Shown piece by piece: positions 49,514-58,738 of a DNA stretch of 64,000 nucleotides (the stretch's first letter is position 1; each line of letters begins with the position of its first letter). The stretch comes from Thermodesulfobacteriota bacterium (GTDB lineage Bacteria; Desulfobacterota_D; UBA1144; Nemesobacterales; Nemesobacteraceae): contig OZ244920.1 of NCBI GenBank assembly GCA_965221875.1, positions 1,502,444-1,566,443 of the forward strand, written 5' to 3'. Under the pieces are notes generated by a model, which ran no database searches, was not told the origin of the DNA, and worked only from the letters and a program-made list of their open reading frames with translations. Position numbers and translations under genes: made by a program.

Positions 49514-50676
49514 GAAAGACGTTTCACTCTCCCTGCACTCATAAAATATTTATAGGTAAAGATAATGCATCCAGTAAACATGAATATTCCCGTTACCGAA
49601 TACATATTCGAAAAACCGTAATCCCTCGCTATCAGTCCGAGACCGAAAGCAAAAAAGTTTATCCCGATGCTAAATGACATGTTAAACGCACCCATCGCCG
49701 TTCCCCTCTCATCGTCAAGCGCCCTGTCGATAATCATTGCGCTTATTGTTGGGTAGAGAATCCCGTAACCTAGGCTGAAGACAAAAGAAACCAGAACTGC
49801 ACTCAAGGTGGAGTCTACGGAGAAAACCATGAGCAGGGACAAGACCATGATAAGCATTGAAGGCAGGGCTATCTTTCTTCTCTCAACAATATCTGGGAGC
49901 TTCCCTCCCAAGATCCTGATTAATATCACGGTTACGGAATATGTAAGAAAAAAACTCCATGCATGAATTCCGTTCTCCTCAAGAAAAACGGAGAAGAAAT
50001 TAAGCATGCTTCCAAGCCCCACGGCAATTATAAGATTGGTCAGAAGAAGCACGCGGAACCTCGGGGAGAAAACAACGTCAAAAAAGCCACTGAAAATGGA
50101 TTTTTTGGATACCCTGAAGTTTCCCTCCCGCGAGAGGAAACAGAAAATAAAGGCAAGCAGGCTGAAAAGGGAAGTGTAAAGAAAGAAGATTGAGTAACCG
50201 AATCTTCCTATCACAAATTCTCCAATAGTAGGTCCAACAGAGTAAGAAGCTATTGTGAAAGCACCGAAAATACCGAGTCCGTAAGCCCTTATTTCACTGG
50301 GAACATAATCGGAAACCGCCGTAGCGGCTGAAGTGAAGAAAAAAGCGAAAGCTATTCCCTGCATAAGTCGCAGGAGGAATATTTTCACGTCAATGTCTGA
50401 TATGAAAATATAGAGAAGGGAAACCAAAAACATCAAAGAAGAGCCCGCAAGCATGAACCTTCTTCGCCCGTAGTGGTCTATCAGAAAGGCTACGAATGGG
50501 ATAGCGGCTATTGAAGTTACACCGAAAGTTCCCATAACATACCCTATACGGGCCTCGTCACCCCCAATGTCTCTTATGAAAAGCGGAAGCAGGAAAAAAG
50601 AGGAAAAATTGCAGAAAAAGAAAAAGTTTCCCAAAGTGACCAGGGAAAAATCTCTATACTTTTGTGCAAAAGGCAT
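49510..50676 (-). CDS. MFS transporter (intact paralog)
   Basis: IDHYGRRR motif A, ~12 TM helices, ERGTAMG. Confidence 0.9.
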   Translation of the reverse strand: MPFAQKYRDFSLVTLGNFFFFCNFSSFFLLPLFIRDIGGDEARIGYVMGTFGVTSIAAIPFVAFLIDHYGRRRFMLAGSSLMFLVSLLYIFISDIDVKIFLLRLMQGIAFAFFFTSAATAVSDYVPSEIRAYGLGIFGAFTIASYSVGPTIGEFVIGRFGYSIFFLYTSLFSLLAFIFCFLSREGNFRVSKKSIFSGFFDVVFSPRFRVLLLTNLIIAVGLGSMLNFFSVFLEENGIHAWSFFLTYSVTVILIRILGGKLPDIVERRKIALPSMLIMVLSLLMVFSVDSTLSAVLVSFVFSLGYGILYPTISAMIIDRALDDERGTAMGAFNMSFSIGINFFAFGLGLIARDYGFSNMYSVTGIFMFTGCIIFTYKYFMSAGRVKRLS

Positions 50677-50757
50677 ACTAAATGGTGACCTGAATAAAGA
50701 AAATGAAAAAGGGAGTCTACATGATTTTATGCTTTCTATCAGGACAACTATATCTTT

Positions 50758-50785
50758 TTGACATGAAAGAGGCCCGTGATATAAT
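50758..50785 (+). promoter_or_regulatory. Consensus sigma70 promoter of the tRNA pair
   Basis: TTGACA-16 bp-TATAAT with TGn extension. Confidence 0.8.
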
Positions 50786-50797
50786 ACGGCATCTTCT

Positions 50798-50870
50798 GAG
50801 CCGTTAGCTCAGCTGGTAGAGCAACTGCCTTTTAAGCAGTGGGTCACAGGTTCGAATCCTGTACGGCTCA
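50798..50870 (+). tRNA. tRNA-Lys (TTT), CCA not encoded
   Basis: GAGCCGT...ACTGC CTTTTAA GCAGT...GTTCGAATC...ACGGCTCA. Confidence 0.96.
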
Positions 50871-50879
50871 ATTCTTGCC

Positions 50880-50957
50880 GTCCCCGTCGTCTAGTCAGGC
50901 CTAGGACATCGGCCTTTCACGCCGGTAACAGGGGTTCAAATCCCCTCGGGGACGCCA
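50880..50957 (+). tRNA. tRNA-Glu (TTC)
   Basis: GTCCCCG...TCGGC CTTTCAC GCCGG...GGTTCAAATCC...CGGGGACGCCA. Confidence 0.96.
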
Positions 50958-51357
50958 TAGAGCAATTCCCGGTTTCAATTTTGGAAATCACAATAAAGAT
51001 AGGGAGTTAGAGCTGATTGCTTAAGTGCTCTCTATAACTGCATATTCCACTTATTCTAATGCTGGCTGCTCACCCATAATTGCAGTTATATAGTATTTAT
51101 AGGCAAAAAGATAACGCATCCGGCAACCAAGAACAGCGCGGTTGATAAATACATGCTGAAAAAACCGTAGTCGCACACTATCAGCCCAAGAACAATAGCC
51201 GAAGAGTTTATCCCTGTTCCGTAGGACATATTAAATATGCCCACAGCGGTGCCTCTCTCACCGGGGTGCGCCCTGTCAATAACCATCGTATTTATCGTGG
51301 GGTAGGCAAATCCGTAGCCTATACTGAAAACTAAGGGAACTATGCAGGAAAGTTGAC

Positions 51358-52592
51358 AGTGCCAGGGTTGAGTAGTCATATAGAAGGGTGCTGGGTATAA
51401 TACATAGTCATGATAAGGACTTATAAGTGTCGTACCAAGATATCCAGAGCTGGGCACAGCAGGCTTGATCAGGTGCTGAGACTGTCCGCTGAACTCTATA
51501 ACGCCGGTCTTGAGTCCCGTATTGACTGCTACAAAAAAACAGGCAAAAGCCGAAGCTACTTTGATCAGTGCAAGGAACTAACCGAGGTCAGGGCTGAGAT
51601 TCAGGAATTCAAAGATATATCCGCTATTCTGTTTAGAGGTGTTCTCTCAAGGCTTGACAAGGCGTACAAGAGGTTTTTTACCCATGGAGGCTTCCCCCGC
51701 TTTAAAAGCTCTCGCAGGTGGAGAAGCATAGAGGTAAACGATCAGTGCGGGAACATGTTAAAGAGAGAGGGGGACAAGACTGTTCTCAGGATAAAGGGAC
51801 TTCCCCGTATTGAAGTAAAGACATCGCGTGAACTTCCACCGAACGGACTTCTGAGAGCTATACGCATTACGAGGAAGGCACTGCGCACTGAAGTGGCCCT
51901 GTCGTATGAAATAGATGATGTTCCTGCCGCAGAACAGATAACCAATCCAGTGGGCATAGACATGGGGATAACGAAGCGTCTTACGCTTAGCGACGGGGAG
52001 ACGGTGGAGAAGAGAGTGATAGACAGGAGTAAGATAATACGGCTTCAGCGTTCTGTGTCCCGCAAGAAGAAGGGAAGCAATAACTGGAAAAAAGCAGTTT
52101 TACTGCTTGCCAGGGAGTGGCAGAGGATAAGTGACAAGGAAAGAGATTATCTTCACCGCCTGAGTGCGGAGATAGTAAAGATGTACGACTTCATTGTGGT
52201 GGAGAAGCTTAGGACAAAGAACATGGTTCGCAACAGTAAACTTGCGAGGAGCATACATGAGCAGAACTGGGGTAAGTTGATAACACTGCTTAACGAGAAG
52301 GCTGAGAGTGCTGGCGTCAGGGTGGTGGAGGTTGATCCCCGGGGGACATCTCAGGAGTGTTCAGGTTGCGGAGCTACGGTAAAGAAGTCTCTGTCCGTCA
52401 GGACGCACAGGTGTGAGTGTGGGGTAGTAATGGACAGGGACGTAAACGCAGCAATAAATATCCTTCATCGAGGCATCTCGATTGCGGGTGGGAAGCTTGG
52501 TTTAGAGTCCCGCATGGCCGGAAGGATGGAGATGAAGCGGGCTGAAGTAGGGCCCGTTCGGCCAGGAACAGTGTAGTGTACGGAGTTGTCAA
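51358..52592 (+). mobile_element. Non-autonomous IS200/IS605-family (IS1341-type, tnpB-only) element
   Basis: tnpB with no tnpA; preceded by TTGAC (51353-51357) and ending GGAGTTGTCAA; ends are inferred. Confidence 0.75.
51410..52576 (+). CDS. tnpB: RNA-guided endonuclease TnpB
   Basis: GFPRFK, RuvC-I VGIDMG, RuvC-II VVEKL, Zn finger TSQECSGC..RCECG, RuvC-III DRDVNAAINI. Confidence 0.95.
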   Translation: MIRTYKCRTKISRAGHSRLDQVLRLSAELYNAGLESRIDCYKKTGKSRSYFDQCKELTEVRAEIQEFKDISAILFRGVLSRLDKAYKRFFTHGGFPRFKSSRRWRSIEVNDQCGNMLKREGDKTVLRIKGLPRIEVKTSRELPPNGLLRAIRITRKALRTEVALSYEIDDVPAAEQITNPVGIDMGITKRLTLSDGETVEKRVIDRSKIIRLQRSVSRKKKGSNNWKKAVLLLAREWQRISDKERDYLHRLSAEIVKMYDFIVVEKLRTKNMVRNSKLARSIHEQNWGKLITLLNEKAESAGVRVVEVDPRGTSQECSGCGATVKKSLSVRTHRCECGVVMDRDVNAAINILHRGISIAGGKLGLESRMAGRMEMKRAEVGPVRPGTV

Positions 52593-53102
52593 CTCTCCTA
52601 CATAATTCCCAAAACTAAAGAAAACAGCACCAGTTGTGGAAAGGAACTCACAAAGAAAGCCAGGGGCATTGAGAGAACCAGTAAGCATGAATATCCTCTG
52701 CCCGTAGCGGTCTATCAGAAAACCAGAAACCAGAGCGGTGCCAACTGAGGCGACTCCAAAAATCCCCACAACGTAGCCTATGGATGCTGCATCACATCCA
52801 AGATCGTTTATAAAAAGAGGCAGAAGAAAGAACGAGGTGAAACCACACTTGAAGAGAAACAGTCCAGGAGAAGGTGAATAGCTTTTTACAGCTTTGTAGC
52901 ATCCCCATCCCTATCGGTGTGAACAGCTGAATGACTCCGGAAACCTGGTTTGGCTAAGAGTGTTTTCAGCAATTACGGGCCATTTATGTAGATGAGATGA
53001 TCTCTTGATAAGTAGCAGACGAATCAACATATTTGCTTGCCAAATGGTCTATGTTATGGAGTCAAGTTCTGGCAAAACGATGACTTAGAACCCGCTTAAA
53101 CT

Positions 53103-54662
53103 CTAGATATACTTTTCGTACTCTTTCTCAAAAAGATCCGAAAGAGTACGAGCCTTGCGGTCATATTCGTCTGGATCATCCCATGAAAGTCGAGGCTGTA
53201 GAAGAGTTGAATCAACTCCAGGACAATCAACAGGCACTGACAGATCAAGTATAGGGGTTTTGACAAACTCTCTGTCGTCAAGCAAACCGCTTACCGCTGC
53301 TGTAACAAGAGCTCTTGTGGATGGAAGAGGCATTCTTTTACCGACCCCAAAAGGCCCGCCGGAAATCCCGGTATTCAGAAGCCATACGTTCACCTTATGC
53401 TTTTCCATCCTTTCTTTAAGCATCGCTCCGTAGAACTTCGGAGGTCTTGGAAGAAAGGGAGATCCAAAACATGAGCTGAAAGTCGCTTGAGGTTTGCTCA
53501 CTCCTCTCTCGGTGCCAGCAACTTTCGCCGTGTAACCCAGAAGGAAATAACGCATTGCTTGGTCAGAATCAAGCTTTGATATAGGGGGAAGAACTCCGAA
53601 AGCATCATAGGTCAGCATGAAAATACTTTTGGGAATACCGCCTACTCCTTCCGGAACAATATTTTCGACCATATCAATCTGATATGCCCCGCGGGTGTTC
53701 TCCGTATGCCTGTCGCTGTCAAAATCTATCTTTCCTGTTTCTAGATCAAGTTCGACGTTCTCAAGAACCGAGCCGAAATTAAGCGCCGCTTGATAAATTT
53801 CGGGTTCTGTAGTCGGGCTAAGCTTTATAGTCTTCGCATAGCACCCACCCTCGAAATTAAAAACTCCTTTATCAAACCAGCCATGTTCGTCATCTCCGAT
53901 AAGCGCCCTCTCTGGATCAGCAGAAAGCGTGGTTTTACCAGTTCCGGACAATCCGAAGAAAAGCGCCACATTTCCGTCTTTTCCGATGTTTGCCGAACAG
54001 TGCATTGGAAAAACATTTCTTTCCGGCAAAAGAAAATTCATGGCGGCAAAAACGGATTTCTTCATCTCTCCCGCATAGCGCGTACCACCGATAAGAGCAA
54101 TTTTTCGGTCTAGGTTAAGAAATATGAAGGTTTCGCTGTTAAGACCGTATTTTTCTGGGTTGTCGGCCTTGAATCCCGGGGCGGAAATGACGGTAAACCC
54201 CACTTCCTTATGTGGAAGTCCAGAAGCGTTAGGTCTTATGAAGAGATTGTTTACGAAAATATTGTGCCAGGCGAATTCATTTATCACCCTTACGTTTGTC
54301 CTGTAGTCTGGATGAGCGCAGACCTGCAGGTCTCTCACGAAAATGTCCTTCCCGTCGAAATAATCCATCACTTTCTCATAGAAATGGTCAAACACCTCTG
54401 GTGATACGGGCTGGTTTACTGCTCCCCAGTCTATATTTTTTTCCGTGGAAGGCTCTTTTACCACAAATCTGTCTTTAGGTGACCTTCCAGTATGAGGAGA
54501 AGTAAAGCCCACAAAAGTTCCACTCTCACCAATGTGTCCTTCGTTTCTCTTTATCGCTTCTTCGTAAAGCCTGGGAACGGAGAGGTTGTAATATATTCCC
54601 GAAGGTTTCCTAAGCTGGTGTTTTTCTGAAAGCTCCTTTTCGATTGAAAAATTCTCAGACAT
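53103..54662 (-). CDS. pckA: Phosphoenolpyruvate carboxykinase (ATP)
   Basis: TGRSPKD, YAGEMKK, MHCSAN, GLSGTGKTTLS, GDDEHGW, ENTR. Confidence 0.97.
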   Translation of the reverse strand: MSENFSIEKELSEKHQLRKPSGIYYNLSVPRLYEEAIKRNEGHIGESGTFVGFTSPHTGRSPKDRFVVKEPSTEKNIDWGAVNQPVSPEVFDHFYEKVMDYFDGKDIFVRDLQVCAHPDYRTNVRVINEFAWHNIFVNNLFIRPNASGLPHKEVGFTVISAPGFKADNPEKYGLNSETFIFLNLDRKIALIGGTRYAGEMKKSVFAAMNFLLPERNVFPMHCSANIGKDGNVALFFGLSGTGKTTLSADPERALIGDDEHGWFDKGVFNFEGGCYAKTIKLSPTTEPEIYQAALNFGSVLENVELDLETGKIDFDSDRHTENTRGAYQIDMVENIVPEGVGGIPKSIFMLTYDAFGVLPPISKLDSDQAMRYFLLGYTAKVAGTERGVSKPQATFSSCFGSPFLPRPPKFYGAMLKERMEKHKVNVWLLNTGISGGPFGVGKRMPLPSTRALVTAAVSGLLDDREFVKTPILDLSVPVDCPGVDSTLLQPRLSWDDPDEYDRKARTLSDLFEKEYEKYI

Positions 54663-54853
54663 GATTGTCGCCTCCAAATTCCCTGTTGCCTACAGATTTA
54701 TGAGTAGAAATCTAGGAAAAAGTCAACTGTTTTATTAAAGGAATTCTAAGATATATAAAGTTTCCCTTTTTGCAAGAATAAAAAACAAACTTGATACCAT
54801 ATCCCGGTTCAATTCCCGGAATCCCGAGGCCCAAATGGAGAGCTCATCCGATT

Positions 54854-55756
54854 TTATATCTTTGCGTTAACTTTCGATATCCACTTCGTTATGGCCTCTA
54901 TCGAGTCTTTGGGGTTCTCTACGCAGTCGTGTTTCGCTCCCGGTATATAGCGTAGCGTCACATTTTCGTTGCCCGACTGATTCATTATATTCTTAAGTTC
55001 CTTGGGTTCCCACACATCAACAATGTCGTCATTTTCTCCGTGGATAAAGAGAACGGGAACCTTCACCTTTTCTATGATTTCACAGGTTTTTGCATAATAG
55101 GCTTGAGGTCCTCTCATATACCACCAAGTCCTGTAAGTAAACATCTCCCCATCAACCGGGTTAAAGGAATTCCCCCAAGCCCTGTAGACGATAAATAGCT
55201 GGTCGTTTTTCTTCTTCTCCGGATTTGGACCCAGAACTTCTCTGGCTTTCAGATAAATATCCTCATAGGATGGAATACTTCCGTTTCTCTCAAGTCTTCT
55301 TTGTTGTGAATATGGCAGAGAATAGGAACACCCCTCCAGTATAAGCCCTTTTATCCCAAAAGAATCGGTCTGGGAAGCATAGTAGACAGCCATGTTGGCC
55401 CCTAGGCTGTAACCCAGCATGAAGATGTTGCGAAATCCTTCTTTCTGAAGAATATTCACCGATTCTTTCATTTCATGAATCGTATCAGGAAAAATCCCCT
55501 CGCCCATTATCTGACCCATAAACGCCATACGGGTATTTACAGAAAGTGTGCTTATATTTTTTTCCTTGAGAAGAGGGGGAAGCCTGACGGGAGTTCCTCT
55601 CGTGAGGAAATGCCCCAATACTCCATAAAGGTTTATAATTATGGGAGATTCGTAAAGATCCTCTTCCGATGCAAACTCCGGGGTGACAAGGAGAGAATTC
55701 ACTTGGAATCCATCTTCAGTCTTGTAAGTAAGGAGACTCTTCTGTTCGTTTACCAT
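54854..55756 (-). CDS. Alpha/beta hydrolase (paralog B)
   Basis: GYSLG nucleophile elbow, HGENDDIV, GAKHD. Confidence 0.85.
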   Translation of the reverse strand: MVNEQKSLLTYKTEDGFQVNSLLVTPEFASEEDLYESPIIINLYGVLGHFLTRGTPVRLPPLLKEKNISTLSVNTRMAFMGQIMGEGIFPDTIHEMKESVNILQKEGFRNIFMLGYSLGANMAVYYASQTDSFGIKGLILEGCSYSLPYSQQRRLERNGSIPSYEDIYLKAREVLGPNPEKKKNDQLFIVYRAWGNSFNPVDGEMFTYRTWWYMRGPQAYYAKTCEIIEKVKVPVLFIHGENDDIVDVWEPKELKNIMNQSGNENVTLRYIPGAKHDCVENPKDSIEAITKWISKVNAKI

Positions 55757-55763
55757 CGCAGAA

Positions 55764-56666
55764 TCAGATGAATCTTCTGTCAAGCCATCTTATTATAATA
55801 TCGCCCATTTCCTCTTCCTTTCCGTCGAGAGTATGACCGGTATTGAGATAATATGCGGAAACATCGTCATTTCCGTTATCTATGGCTATTTGCGCAAGAT
55901 TATGGGTCTCATCGGGTTTTACAAACGTGTCGTTCCAGCCCTGGATTAAAAGAATCGGCAGTTTTATGTTCTTTATCTGCTTATAGCTCTTTACAGGCTC
56001 TGCCTCTGGACCGGCGAGAAACCACCATGTCTTGTAGGTATATATTTCGGTGTGCTCCGGCCGGTAGGAGTTCCCTCTGGCCCTGAAAATAAGAATCGTT
56101 CTGTCCTGCTTTGAATCATGGGGATTGTCGCCAAGTATAATCTTCGCTTCCTCGTACACCTCATCGTAGGAAGGCTGGCTTTCCCACTTATTCCACCTTC
56201 TTCTTATTGAGTCCGGAATAGAATAAGGAGTAGCGAGGGCAATCACACCCTTTAGCAGTTCCGACTCATCGGAATCCTGTTGGCGGTTTTTTTCGGAGAG
56301 ATACCTGAGAATTACCCCTCCACCCAGACTGTAGCCGGAAACAATAATTTTCTCGTAACCGATTTTTCCCAAATACCTCACTACGCCGTCTATCTGCGGA
56401 ATAGTGTCGTCCACTATTCCAAAGCCGAAGAAAAGCCCGAAATTGGCCAGTCTGGTATTTATCGCAATGGACGAGTAGCCTGCCTTGGCAAGAATCGGCG
56501 GTAAGAATCTCTGGCTTCCGTCAAAAAAGTTCCCCAAGAACCCGTGAACATGGATAATTATAGTTTTTCTTTTTTCGGAGTCGTTATTAAGGGCTCTGTA
56601 GTAGAGGGCGTTAACCTTCCCTTTCCCGACTGGTACGGAAATCAGTTCCTGCTCTACGTATTTCAT
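55764..56666 (-). CDS. Alpha/beta hydrolase (paralog A)
   Basis: HVHGFLGNF, GYSLGG, QGWNDTFV, TGHT. Confidence 0.85.
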   Translation of the reverse strand: MKYVEQELISVPVGKGKVNALYYRALNNDSEKRKTIIIHVHGFLGNFFDGSQRFLPPILAKAGYSSIAINTRLANFGLFFGFGIVDDTIPQIDGVVRYLGKIGYEKIIVSGYSLGGGVILRYLSEKNRQQDSDESELLKGVIALATPYSIPDSIRRRWNKWESQPSYDEVYEEAKIILGDNPHDSKQDRTILIFRARGNSYRPEHTEIYTYKTWWFLAGPEAEPVKSYKQIKNIKLPILLIQGWNDTFVKPDETHNLAQIAIDNGNDDVSAYYLNTGHTLDGKEEEMGDIIIRWLDRRFI

Positions 56667-56808
56667 GATTAGACACGGTTTTTTTAAGAAGTACTGATAT
56701 TATAAAGCTCCCACGGGCAAGTCAATAGCGATAGCAATGAACTCTGATGATTGATAAGAGGCTTAGAATTAAAAGGTGCCCCGAATCGTTCGCCTAAAAG
56801 CGGCAAAT

Positions 56809-57045
56809 TCAACAATCTGCAGTTTCTATTGTGACTGAATCAGGGTTCTGTATTAGAAGATCAGCTTTTTTCTTGGCCTCTATCCAGTCCGAGGCCTCTC
56901 CAATCTTTATGAGCGTGTTTTCTACGGTGGATTTGAGAAAAAGGTGTCCAGTCTTCTTGTTCCAGAAAATCTGCCAGTTATCCCCTCGGAACTCTCTTAG
57001 CCATCCGAAAGGGAAAAATCCAGAATAATCAGTGCCGGACTTCAT
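56809..57045 (-). CDS. Hypothetical protein (78 aa)
   Basis: GGAG RBS before ATG 57045; Trp-rich, no recognised family. Confidence 0.6.
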   Translation of the reverse strand: MKSGTDYSGFFPFGWLREFRGDNWQIFWNKKTGHLFLKSTVENTLIKIGEASDWIEAKKKADLLIQNPDSVTIETADC

Positions 57046-57154
57046 CTGTTTTTTCTCCGCTCGTGTTCCGTAATTGCTTTGAAAACCGGGTGAGAACAAC
57101 CAGCTGTTCTGCGCCCGGAGCGTTTTCCAAAAAATTCTTTAACACTAATAGCCC

Positions 57155-57805
57155 TCACGATGCGTAGATCTCCTTGAAGTACAAACATACGTGGGATATT
57201 CCGCACTTTGAACACATGGGCTTTCTCGCCTTGCAGACATTTCTTCCGTGGTCACCCAGGGAGTTTGAAAAAAAGGTCCAGTCTTTTTCCGGAATGCACC
57301 TTCTAAGATCAAATTCAATCTTAACGGGGTCGGAATTCGATGTAAGACCAAGTCGGCGGCTTAACCTCATTATATGGGTGTCAACTATTATTCCGGGTTT
57401 TCTGAAATAATTGCCAATTATAACATTTGCCGTTTTTCTTCCGACTCCTGGGAGTTTGACTAGTTCTTCCATTTCGCAAGGGACTTTTCCCTTATGTTTT
57501 TGTATTATCTCACTTGAACAGTTTATTATCGCTTTTGCCTTGTTTCTGTAAAAACCTGTTGATCTTACGTCGTTTTGGAGTTCTTCTTCCGATGCACAAG
57601 AAAACGCCCTTAGGTCCGGGTACTTCTCGAAAAGTCCCGGCGTTATCATGTTTACTCGTTTATCCGTACACTGGGCGGAGAGAATAGACCCGATCAGAAG
57701 CTCTGATGCACTCTTAAAAACAAGATGACATTTTGCGTCGGGATAGGCTTTCTTCAGAAATTGAAGAACCTTCCGCGCCTTCTTTTTTACATCCTGAGGA
57801 TTCAT
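57155..57805 (-). CDS. nth: Endonuclease III
   Basis: LSAQCTDKRVN, LPGVGRKTANV, VDTH, C-x6-C-x2-C-x5-C. Confidence 0.96.
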   Translation of the reverse strand: MNPQDVKKKARKVLQFLKKAYPDAKCHLVFKSASELLIGSILSAQCTDKRVNMITPGLFEKYPDLRAFSCASEEELQNDVRSTGFYRNKAKAIINCSSEIIQKHKGKVPCEMEELVKLPGVGRKTANVIIGNYFRKPGIIVDTHIMRLSRRLGLTSNSDPVKIEFDLRRCIPEKDWTFFSNSLGDHGRNVCKARKPMCSKCGISHVCLYFKEIYAS

Positions 57806-57936
57806 CCTGAACAGCAAAATATATACGTGAAACTTTTTAAGCTACAAACTGATACAGTCTGAAGTGTAAGGAAAACTCTTTTGAGTTTTTTCCACACCAC
57901 CACTTTATCAGCGTAAAAGTGCTTTCTCGAAAACAT

Positions 57937-57976
57937 AAAAAAAGAGGGAAACGAAGCTCTCAAGTCCCCCTTTTTT
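57937..57976 (-). terminator. Intrinsic terminator after ferredoxin
   Basis: aaaaaaagaggga...tcccccttttttc inverted repeat with T-tract. Confidence 0.6.
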
Positions 57977-58009
57977 CTCTTTAAAGTCTTTATCTTTACT
58001 TGCTGAGGT

Positions 58010-58276
58010 TTAGTCGTTTCTGGCCGGTTCGAGGCCTTCTTTACCCTCAAAGAAGTCTTTGTTTATATCAATGAACTTCTGCCATTTCTCGGGCAATTCA
58101 TCTTCGTGAAATATGGCATCCACCGGACAGGGGTCTACGCACGCTCCGCAGTCTATACATTCATCGGGATGTATGATCAACTGATCATCTCCCTCATATA
58201 TGCAATCAACCGGGCACGCCTCAACACAAGCCTTGTCCTTCACTCCGATACATGGTTCGGCAATTATGTATGCCAT
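58010..58276 (-). CDS. 7Fe-type ferredoxin
   Basis: [17 protein letters not shown] and [12 protein letters not shown]. Confidence 0.93.
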   Translation of the reverse strand: MAYIIAEPCIGVKDKACVEACPVDCIYEGDDQLIIHPDECIDCGACVDPCPVDAIFHEDELPEKWQKFIDINKDFFEGKEGLEPARND

Positions 58277-58384
58277 CTTTGAAACCTCCGAATTGGCACG
58301 CTACTACTGTATTAGCTTATCGCGTTTATATTAAACTAAAGTGCTTTCAAATAAAAGGCATCCGGAAACTGGCCCCCTCTATAC

Positions 58385-58735
58385 TCATTCCTCTCCCTGA
58401 GAAGGTTCCAAGGGTTCTCCTGAAGGCTCTTCGGCAGGCGGAGAGAGTTCCTCAAACACTTCAATTGGCGATTTCTCCACCACCGAGCCCGATATCGATT
58501 TTACTGAAGTGTAACCGAGAAAAAGCGAGGTAATTACGAATATGAGCCCCAAAAGCCTGGTCATCTTCACGAGAAAAGGCATTGCACCGCTTGAACCAAA
58601 AAGCGACTCCGAACTTCCGCCTCCAAACATTGAACCTATGTCTGCGGACTTGCTCGGCTGAAGCAGTATGATCAGCACGAGAAGGATGGCGACAATAATA
58701 TGAATAATTTTGACCGACGGTATTAAGAACTCCAA
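58385..58735 (-). CDS. secG: Preprotein translocase subunit SecG
   Basis: ILLQPSK, FGGGSSESLFGSSG, two TMs; follows tpiA. Confidence 0.92.
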   Translation of the reverse strand: MEFLIPSVKIIHIIVAILLVLIILLQPSKSADIGSMFGGGSSESLFGSSGAMPFLVKMTRLLGLIFVITSLFLGYTSVKSISGSVVEKSPIEVFEELSPPAEEPSGEPLEPSQGEE

Positions 58736-58738
58736 TTT

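Larger units (their letters stand above)
51086..52908 (-). pseudogene. Decayed paralog of the adjacent MFS gene, frameshifted, centrally deleted and interrupted by the tnpB element
   Basis: N-terminal fragment FTSFFLLPLFINDLGCDAASIGYVVGIFG..IDRYGQRIFML and C-terminal fragment VFSIGYGFAYPTINTMVIDRAHPGERGTAVGIFNMS match 49510..50676. Confidence 0.85.

Noticed and set aside
51034-51090. 10-bp inverted repeat tataactgca...tgcagttata
   Set aside because: Single short copy with no target duplication; insufficient for a MITE call.
51086-52769. Track ORFs 51086..51457 and 52398..52769 as real genes
   Set aside because: Chimeras of MFS pseudogene fragments and antisense IS sequence.
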